Positions 7,540-14,685 of a stretch of DNA of 64,000 nt are shown here, one piece after another. Both the position numbers and the translations under genes were made by a program. The DNA comes from a virus (taxonomy: Duplodnaviria > Caudoviricetes). Location: IMG/VR virus record IMGVR_UViG_3300020577_007794; one strand, written 5' to 3'. The notes under the pieces are model-generated. The model saw only the letters and a program-made list of their open reading frames with translations, made no database searches and was not told the origin of the DNA. Positions within the stretch are counted from its first letter, which is position 1. Each line of letters opens with the position of its first letter.

Positions 7540-7567
7540 ACCCCGCTTCGGCGGGGTTTTTTTTATT
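7540..7567 (+). terminator. Rho-independent terminator
   Basis: ACCCCGC-TTCG-GCGGGGT hairpin followed by a T tract. Confidence 0.92.
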
Positions 7568-7589
7568 TATGGGGCAATATTATCTAGGT

Positions 7590-7811
7590 ATGGCTATAGA
7601 AAAGAAGTATTGGGTGGCGTCCATAAGAACATCTGATGGAAGACATGTGTTCATGAGAGATTCTAGCCTTGATAGTCTAAAAGAAAGGTTGGACCAATAT
7701 ACGTTAGCTAGGGAGATCAGTATAGAGACCGCTATTTTCCTAGAAGATGAAGGCGATGTAGTCGAACCATCTTCAGCGAAGCCTGGGAGACCAAAGAAGA
7801 GCTCTATTTAA
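7590..7811 (+). CDS. hypothetical protein
   Basis: ATG after the terminator; MAIEKKYW...KPGRPKK. Confidence 0.6.
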   Translation: MAIEKKYWVASIRTSDGRHVFMRDSSLDSLKERLDQYTLAREISIETAIFLEDEGDVVEPSSAKPGRPKKSSI

Positions 7812-7826
7812 TTAAGGTGAACCACT

Positions 7827-8108
7827 ATGGCACAACCAGATACATTTAAGGAAACTTTATCCTCTCTGCGCTCGCAGATGACGGATAATTATAAAAACGC
7901 TAAGCCTAAAAGGTTTGCAGGACTTCTTCAACTTCATGGAGAAATTCAAGTTAATCTAGCCTCTGGAGTAACACACTCTGTACACATGGGAGACAGAGGT
8001 TTGCTAACAGAAGACGAATTGATTTATGAAGACAGATCAGGGCAGTTAATCTGTCTCTTTTGGGATCAAGTTGAATCCGTTTGGTTCCACATTGGCTATA
8101 TAGACTAA
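7827..8108 (+). CDS. hypothetical protein
   Basis: AAGGTG RBS and upstream CTCTATTT motif; 93 aa. Confidence 0.7.
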   Translation: MAQPDTFKETLSSLRSQMTDNYKNAKPKRFAGLLQLHGEIQVNLASGVTHSVHMGDRGLLTEDELIYEDRSGQLICLFWDQVESVWFHIGYID

Positions 8109-8128
8109 GAAGAAATCAAAAAGTCTTA

Positions 8129-11100
8129 TTAAAGATAGCCCTCTTTTTTTCTCCTACTATTAGCTAGTCCATACCCCGCTAGTCCCAAACCACCAACAAT
8201 TGGGATTGCGGGGTTTATTTTTCCAGTTTTAACAGCATGTTCAGCCGCAGCTTGGCCACTATTCATAACAGCACCTACCGCTGATTTAGGGGCATTCATA
8301 CCCGTAGAAGCTTGCTCAACCGCTGTCTCAGCCAAAGCTGCAGCTTTACCAGTTGCTTCAGCCATTATTCTTCTTGAGGAAGCCATAAAACTGGCATGGG
8401 TCATCGTCTGGTTAGAGTGTCCTATAACTTGTGATGCACCTTTTTGCAATTGCTGCGCCACTGTAGCAACCGCAATTTGCAGACCAGCTCCCACAACTCC
8501 CTGACCTACGTCTGAAGAGGCTAATGTTTCAGCTATGTGAGACATCTGCCCCATTACTTTAAGGGCTGAGTTTGATCTCAGGAATGTGTTTACTTCCTTA
8601 GTTGCGTACTTGTCAGCATGAACTGCTGAAACAGCTATATCGTCCATGTATGCGTGGAACATATTAACTGCATTATGTTCACCACCAAAGGAGATAGTGG
8701 CACCATAACGGGCTTTCTCCAGAGCATCAGCGTACACATTCTCCAATCCTTCAACAGATTCTCGAGCGATAACTCTCCAATCCCCACCAGACTGCTCAAA
8801 GATTTCTGGGTATTGAGTAGGATCCAGTCTTCCAGATCTAACAGCAGTTTCGAGGACAGCTCCGTAAGTCTGTCCCACGGATTCCCTAGACCTAACTTGG
8901 TTCATGCTTACAAAGATATCAATAGGTCTTCCTGTAGGGTCAACACCAAAATCACCGTGGACAACAGAGACAGCTTTGTTACCCCATAGTGAATCAAGTT
9001 TCAGGGTTTGTGATGTATGGAAATTCTTTCCCTCTTCAGTAAGAACGTATCTTACTTTGTCGCCATTCTCAACCCGTTCGTACATCCTGTCAAAAAGGGA
9101 ACTATAGCTGTCTGCAGAGGCTGCTCTTTGCTCACCCTCTGTTAGGAAGCTATCTGGCGATGCTTCGAACCCAGACATCATATTTTTTACAAAGCTTTCC
9201 CGGCCTGTAGTAAAATACTCTTCCTCTGTTAAGTTGGGGCCTATTTTGTTGGCTGACATTACCTTTTCTAGAAGTTTATCTCTAAAAGATTCAGAAACAA
9301 GAATAAGGCCTTCATCCGCTCTTTTAGTTCCAACGTCTGCTGTTAGATCATACATGCTGAAGAGGGGGTGAGCTACTTGGCTGTCCCCGAAAGCTACGTT
9401 CAGCTCTCCAAGCATAATACCGCCACCACCTATCTGTTTAGATATGTTGGCAGCTCTTGATGCAGATTTAGCAGATATAACTCCGATACCTTGATTCAAC
9501 CCTATAGGAGCAAATGACCCGGCGGCGGCACCTAGCCTAAACTGCATGACCCTGTTATTCATGGAGCTTGTTGACTTCATGTGGATGCCACCCACCTCTT
9601 CTGCGTAGTTGGCCGCTGTATCAGCCATCATTTCCAGATTAGGGTCAGTAACTCTTAAATCAACACCAACAGTTGTAGCGGCCCGCATCATGTCAGCCTC
9701 CCCAATATCAACTATGTTTCCGTCTATTATTCTCACAGGATTCATGGTTTTGAAACCATGGGCTTCTAAAATCTTATCGGTTTGCTGTTTAATAGCTGAA
9801 AAGGCACTTTGATTGTGCATCAAGTTGAACCTTTTTATAATTTCCATGTGCTGGGCTGATTCGTGACCACCCGCTAATATCTCTCTCCCCAATGCAGAGG
9901 CGTCAACCTCATTGGTCAGACCGTATGCACTCATTAACTGCTCCCTGAATACCTGGGATTTACCATTATGTCCGTTTATTAGGGCGTTTCCGATACTTGT
10001 GTGGGAGTAAAAACCTGTTGTTGACATGAAGGAGCGCATACTATTAGTAGAAGATTCTTCTAATAGCTGTTCAATATGCTCTATAGGATTTCTAAACTTA
10101 ATTCTGTTCCCCTCTTCTCTGATACCCATATTGCCTATTAATGGTATCTCAAATACGTTGTCAGCTCCAAATGGGTGGTCAATAACACCATCTAACCCAC
10201 GGAACATCAGTCCATGAACTTCGTTAGTATATCCTGTACCTAAAAGATCTTGTCTTGCGTATTTTGAAGGGATGTTGATTGATTCTAGGTCAACAACACC
10301 AGCTTTCATCAATCTTTTTAGAATTGTGTTGGCTGGGTCATATTCAATTTGTTCTACAGCTTTGGTTTTCTTATTAAGAACAGCCTCAGCTAGTGTTCTG
10401 GTTCTTTTTTGGAAGTCATCAATGGAGGCTGCACCAAACACGTCTCTCATGGTGTTTTCAGTGCTTCCACCTATACTTGTCAAAGTGTTTAGTAAATCAA
10501 GGGAGTCAGCATGACTCATATTAGATATGCTGTTTGTTTTGAAGAGTAGTTGGTTGTGCTTCAACATCATGTTGAAGGTGTCTAAAATACCTCTATCCTG
10601 TATGTTGCCTTGACCACCTCTCAAGGCTTTCATTCGAATTTCAACGTCGAAAAGTCTGTTTGGGTTGGACGCATCAACCATTTTTTTAGCAACAGCGTCA
10701 GTTTGGAGGAGGAGCTCTAGGGATTGATTATAAGATCCGTTTCTATCTACGATATCTCCCATTGCTGATTCGTAGAAATCGAAGAATTTTTTGTGGGTAG
10801 CCCTTTTTTTTCCAGAATTTTTAGCGTTTTCTAGCTGCTCAGCTGCCATTTTTTGGGTTAAAAGAAGCCTTTCCTGGAACTTTGCTGGGTCGTTAGTTTT
10901 CAGGTCATTGACCTCAATAGCAGCAGCATACATAGCCTGTAAGTCATGCAGGTTTGTAATGATACCGGTAAGCGGGTCTTGAAGTTCTTTTGTGGCTATA
11001 TCTCTTACAGCCTCTACATTAGAGAGTTTTGACCCCCTTAACCTATAAAGGTCTCCAAGAACACTAAATTGACCAGCAGCCTCTTCTGAGGAGAAGATTC

Positions 11101-11947
11101 GTGTCCCCAACTTGCCAGGTGCCACTTCCCTGAAATTATGGGGATCCAACTTCCTTCCAATATCTATACTGGATATATTAAAGAGATCCTTCTTATTGAA
11201 ATCACCTACCCCAGGAGCTGTCTGTAGACTTCTAAATCTGAACATTGCCTGTGTAATAGGTTCTTTTAGAGATATTAACTCCTCTCTTACAATCTTGCCG
11301 TCAGCCGCACGTTGACGCATAATTAGTACGTTGGCTTCGTCAGCGTCCATGTCTGTTACAATACTGCCACCCATAACATCGTTTATATACAGAATGTTAT
11401 GTGTGCCTTCCTTGCCACGTTCTAAATGATAATACCCAGTAAGATCAGTATCAACCTGTTTAATAACACCTTTCTTTGCGTCGAAGTTAGTGAAGGGAGA
11501 TCTTGCATTCTTGGCTCTATCCCCTCCAGCTGCCTGATCCAACAGATACTGTGTATGTCTGTCTATAGCCTTTTGATCAAGAGGGATGTTTGAAGAGGTT
11601 ACGAATCTAACTCGCATACTCTCAAATTCATTAAAACCTAGTCTCCTAAATGTATCTTCGGCAGCGGAAACAGGGTCAATTCTCTTATTTTCAGCAGCAA
11701 GAATGAATCCCTGCTTAAGAATGGTATGTTGGTGCCTTCTAAGGTAAAGTTCCCAGGCTCTTGGATCTCTGTTTCCCTTAGCAGCAGCTTCTACAAGTTT
11801 TCTAAATTCTGTGACATGAACTTGTTCTTGCTGACCAATACTTATATATGGGAGCTTAACCTTAGACAGCCCACTGTTTGTAAAAACCGTGCCGCTAAGG
11901 AAAGATTTTTTCCCAGCTATATTCTCATTAGAAAAGTCAAGATCCAT
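8129..11947 (-). CDS. single-chain two-barrel (DPBB) RNA polymerase with beta'-then-beta domain order, probably virion-associated
   Basis: beta'-like GKKSFLSG, LRRHQH and TDMDADEANV; beta-like GELNVAFG, DEGLILVSE, KLDSLWGNKAV and GRPIDIFVSMNQVRSRESVGQ. Confidence 0.8.
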   Translation of the reverse strand: MDLDFSNENIAGKKSFLSGTVFTNSGLSKVKLPYISIGQQEQVHVTEFRKLVEAAAKGNRDPRAWELYLRRHQHTILKQGFILAAENKRIDPVSAAEDTFRRLGFNEFESMRVRFVTSSNIPLDQKAIDRHTQYLLDQAAGGDRAKNARSPFTNFDAKKGVIKQVDTDLTGYYHLERGKEGTHNILYINDVMGGSIVTDMDADEANVLIMRQRAADGKIVREELISLKEPITQAMFRFRSLQTAPGVGDFNKKDLFNISSIDIGRKLDPHNFREVAPGKLGTRIFSSEEAAGQFSVLGDLYRLRGSKLSNVEAVRDIATKELQDPLTGIITNLHDLQAMYAAAIEVNDLKTNDPAKFQERLLLTQKMAAEQLENAKNSGKKRATHKKFFDFYESAMGDIVDRNGSYNQSLELLLQTDAVAKKMVDASNPNRLFDVEIRMKALRGGQGNIQDRGILDTFNMMLKHNQLLFKTNSISNMSHADSLDLLNTLTSIGGSTENTMRDVFGAASIDDFQKRTRTLAEAVLNKKTKAVEQIEYDPANTILKRLMKAGVVDLESINIPSKYARQDLLGTGYTNEVHGLMFRGLDGVIDHPFGADNVFEIPLIGNMGIREEGNRIKFRNPIEHIEQLLEESSTNSMRSFMSTTGFYSHTSIGNALINGHNGKSQVFREQLMSAYGLTNEVDASALGREILAGGHESAQHMEIIKRFNLMHNQSAFSAIKQQTDKILEAHGFKTMNPVRIIDGNIVDIGEADMMRAATTVGVDLRVTDPNLEMMADTAANYAEEVGGIHMKSTSSMNNRVMQFRLGAAAGSFAPIGLNQGIGVISAKSASRAANISKQIGGGGIMLGELNVAFGDSQVAHPLFSMYDLTADVGTKRADEGLILVSESFRDKLLEKVMSANKIGPNLTEEEYFTTGRESFVKNMMSGFEASPDSFLTEGEQRAASADSYSSLFDRMYERVENGDKVRYVLTEEGKNFHTSQTLKLDSLWGNKAVSVVHGDFGVDPTGRPIDIFVSMNQVRSRESVGQTYGAVLETAVRSGRLDPTQYPEIFEQSGGDWRVIARESVEGLENVYADALEKARYGATISFGGEHNAVNMFHAYMDDIAVSAVHADKYATKEVNTFLRSNSALKVMGQMSHIAETLASSDVGQGVVGAGLQIAVATVAQQLQKGASQVIGHSNQTMTHASFMASSRRIMAEATGKAAALAETAVEQASTGMNAPKSAVGAVMNSGQAAAEHAVKTGKINPAIPIVGGLGLAGYGLANSRRKKEGYL

Positions 11948-11976
11948 GTTTCAAAGAAACCTCTAACAAATAGTGC

Positions 11977-12009
11977 CTCTATTTGCGTAGAGACTATCTA
12001 AAAATAGAG
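11977..12009. promoter_or_regulatory. divergent pair of CTCTATTT motifs (candidate phage promoters)
   Basis: CTCTATTT at 11977-11984 (+) and 12002-12009 (-), between two divergent genes. Confidence 0.5.
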
Positions 12010-12018
12010 GAGGCTGTT

Positions 12019-12108
12019 ATGGGAAAAGGCAAAGGAAAGGCAACCAAGGGCAAGGGTCAAAAACCTGCCCCGCAACCAGCAACACAACCAAAGAAAAAGA
12101 AGAAATAG
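12019..12108 (+). CDS. 29-aa Lys-rich peptide
   Basis: GAGGAGG RBS; MGKGKGKATKGKGQKPAPQPATQPKKKKK. Confidence 0.65.
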   Translation: MGKGKGKATKGKGQKPAPQPATQPKKKKK

Positions 12109-12114
12109 TTAGTT

Positions 12115-12525
12115 ATGGATATTACCTATCTACCGGTTCCTTATAGTCAAGTAGAAGCTCTTACTGGAAATAAGTATTCAATACTTATTGCCAATGAGGA
12201 TTCTGTTCTCTTCGACTCTTCTGTGCTAACACTTGTAAAAGCTGTTGTCTACGATGACGTGTATTACGATCAGGAAGATGAACTTGATCCCCAAAAACAG
12301 ATGTTCAGTTTTAATATGGACATTAGGTATATACGGGAAACAAGGCTGCAAGATGTAGTGAAAGGAGAGTGGGAGATGTCTTGTGGACCAGCGGATATAG
12401 AAGAATTCCTAAAGCATTACGAAGATGTTAATCCCTACTCCATAGTCAAGGTTTTGGCCTTGCAACCAGTTAGTTATGACCTCAGAGCACTCAGAAAATC
12501 CTTTAGAGAGATACGAAACAAATAA
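12115..12525 (+). CDS. hypothetical protein
   Basis: 136-aa ORF. Confidence 0.65.
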   Translation: MDITYLPVPYSQVEALTGNKYSILIANEDSVLFDSSVLTLVKAVVYDDVYYDQEDELDPQKQMFSFNMDIRYIRETRLQDVVKGEWEMSCGPADIEEFLKHYEDVNPYSIVKVLALQPVSYDLRALRKSFREIRNK

Positions 12526-13222
12526 ACTTGTTAATGAGCAGACAGCTTTTAACATATCTGCCCCTATTTCTGAAGATGAGTTCGAGGACTCCCTGCAAAA
12601 ATTAGGTGCTTTTCTACTCTCCAACACACAATGGAATAACACTGTACGCGGAAGACAGACGTTAAAAAACCTTCCCATAGTCAGTGACGTTGTTCTATTA
12701 TGTAAGGGTGCTCTCTGCGAGTACCACGATCTTTGCCCCATAATGAAGAATATGTCTCCAGAAGACAAGGAAAAAATCATAGGAACACCTTGTAGGGCAG
12801 AAAGAATCTACGGTGTTACCCTGTTTTCCGATCTTGTTAGAGACTTAAGCATAGACCCTGATCAAACTATTGACCTTATTGACGCAGCTAATGTAGTGAG
12901 ACTGATGATCTATAGGAGAAGGCTGGACTGGATGATGAATATTCAGGGCATCAGTATAGAAGGTATTGTAGCAGTTGACCCTATTAACGGCTCCCCTTAC
13001 ACTGAAACTAAGGGACACCCCCTCCTCAAAGAGATAGAGAGAATTGATAAAATGATCTCTAATGCTCGAAAAAATCTTGTGGCAAGTAGAAAAGACAGAA
13101 TACAACTAGCCTCACAGCTTGGAAAGGGCCAAAATGTCCTAAAAAGTCTGTTTTCAAGATCAGATGCAATTGTTGTAGAAGCGGAAACCCTTCCACCCGC
13201 AGAAGAAGAGAAGGAAGAATAA
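12476..13222 (+). CDS. putative terminase small subunit
   Basis: Upstream of TerL; Cys cluster CKGALCEYHDLCP...C; helical C-terminus HPLLKEIERIDK...LVASRKDR. Mostly positional evidence. Confidence 0.5.
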   Translation: MTSEHSENPLERYETNKLVNEQTAFNISAPISEDEFEDSLQKLGAFLLSNTQWNNTVRGRQTLKNLPIVSDVVLLCKGALCEYHDLCPIMKNMSPEDKEKIIGTPCRAERIYGVTLFSDLVRDLSIDPDQTIDLIDAANVVRLMIYRRRLDWMMNIQGISIEGIVAVDPINGSPYTETKGHPLLKEIERIDKMISNARKNLVASRKDRIQLASQLGKGQNVLKSLFSRSDAIVVEAETLPPAEEEKEE

Positions 13223-13225
13223 TAA

Positions 13226-14200
13226 ATGGACAGCACCAATATCTTTTATGATAGATTAATACCTGGATTAGCTGCTGGTGCAGCCGGTGCTGCTTTAGGT
13301 GCTGCACCAGGTGCTTTGACAGGACATTGGGGAGTTGCTGCTGTAGGGGCCGTAGGGGGCGGTATTATGCTTGGCACTCCTTGGGGCCGTGAATTGATCG
13401 GGAACGGCTTTAAACGGGCATTTGGGGGCCTTCGTGGGGGTGCTGTAGGTTTAGGGAAGGGTGCTTTAGCTGGTGGAGCAGCATTAGGTGCCGCTGGGTT
13501 GGCCGGTGTTGGAAACTTTTTCAAAAACGGAGGTGCGGCTAATCTTGGGAAAAACTTGGGTTATATGGGAGCCCAGTCCGCTGGTAAATTAGGTATTGGT
13601 GGATTAAAACTTCTTGAACACGCTATAGGTGCTGCAGAGGCTTCATTTATTGGGGCAGCTAATCTTCTTGCTGGGAACCCGTTTGGTGGGGTTAATAAGG
13701 CCCGTAATACTTCAGAAGCTTTCAACTTACTATTTCCGTACAGGAACAACCCAGACCTCTTCAATCCCCTTACTAAATCCAAGCTTATGGGAAGCCTTAA
13801 ACCTAACGCTGGGAAGGCTGGGAGAAAGTTTATAAGTGAGCTTAAAGAAAACAACGGTGTGCTTAATATCACAGGTAAGACCCTAAAAGATAATATGAAC
13901 CATTTTGATCCTGAGGCTAAGTTGTTTGAAGGGATGGTTGAGGGTCATATTGGTGGTACAGCCACTCTTGGCCACGCTACTAGTGATGCAAGACGTGTTG
14001 GATTGAACCCCAAAGTTGTTAGAAGGCTGACCGCAGGTGCTTTTGCAGCTTCGACGTTAACTGGCCTAATGGGTGCTATGGGAAATGACTCCCCTGAACC
14101 CACTGTCTACTACTCTGGTGGGAATATACGCCACATGAATGATATGGGGGCTGATGCACACTATGCAAAATCTTTAATGGGTAGGGGAACTAGAAGATAA
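13226..14200 (+). CDS. Gly/Ala-rich (glycine-zipper) putative virion/ejection protein
   Basis: Repeated GxxxG hydrophobic helices. Confidence 0.6.
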   Translation: MDSTNIFYDRLIPGLAAGAAGAALGAAPGALTGHWGVAAVGAVGGGIMLGTPWGRELIGNGFKRAFGGLRGGAVGLGKGALAGGAALGAAGLAGVGNFFKNGGAANLGKNLGYMGAQSAGKLGIGGLKLLEHAIGAAEASFIGAANLLAGNPFGGVNKARNTSEAFNLLFPYRNNPDLFNPLTKSKLMGSLKPNAGKAGRKFISELKENNGVLNITGKTLKDNMNHFDPEAKLFEGMVEGHIGGTATLGHATSDARRVGLNPKVVRRLTAGAFAASTLTGLMGAMGNDSPEPTVYYSGGNIRHMNDMGADAHYAKSLMGRGTRR

Positions 14201-14679
14201 TGAACCCATTTAAAGTTCTATTTGGCGGCACTGCTGCCGGTATGAAAACTGTTTTCTCGTCTGCAGAGAACAAAGTTTTACACAATTTTAGAGGTTTGGG
14301 ACTTAACGCTGTTCTAAACCTTGTTGTACCAAGTGCTATTACCTTAATGACTGCCCCGCCACAGGAGAGGGGTAGAGAATTAGCTGCGAATGCTGGTTTG
14401 TTTCTTTTAACAGCTGGCATGGCCCCTGGAAGAGCGTTTGTTGCCCAAGTTGGCCTACAAGCAGCATCCCATTCAGGGGACTTAATCCGCTTAGTTTCAA
14501 ACTCTAACCGTTCCGCATTAGAGGCTAGAACCATGGCTATGGTGCCATTTTCTTACTCAACTGCGCCTATGGATTTGGCGTTTGCTTCTATGCAGTATTC
14601 TAGTCAACAGGTAAATCAAGCATACGGTACTGTAGGTAATGAGGCAGCATTTATGGCTGCTAGGTACCTACAACGCTAA
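14200..14679 (+). CDS. Ala-rich hydrophobic putative virion protein
   Basis: Translationally coupled; hydrophobic helices. Confidence 0.6.
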   Translation: MNPFKVLFGGTAAGMKTVFSSAENKVLHNFRGLGLNAVLNLVVPSAITLMTAPPQERGRELAANAGLFLLTAGMAPGRAFVAQVGLQAASHSGDLIRLVSNSNRSALEARTMAMVPFSYSTAPMDLAFASMQYSSQQVNQAYGTVGNEAAFMAARYLQR

Positions 14680-14685
14680 TAAATC

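Noticed and set aside
7533-7589. ORF-track start at 7533
   Set aside because: Runs through the terminator hairpin; the ATG at 7590 is preferred
8654-12001. Numerous short plus-strand ORFs opposite the RNAP gene (and similar antisense ORFs throughout the structural module)
   Set aside because: Shadow frames of long real genes with no motifs or RBS
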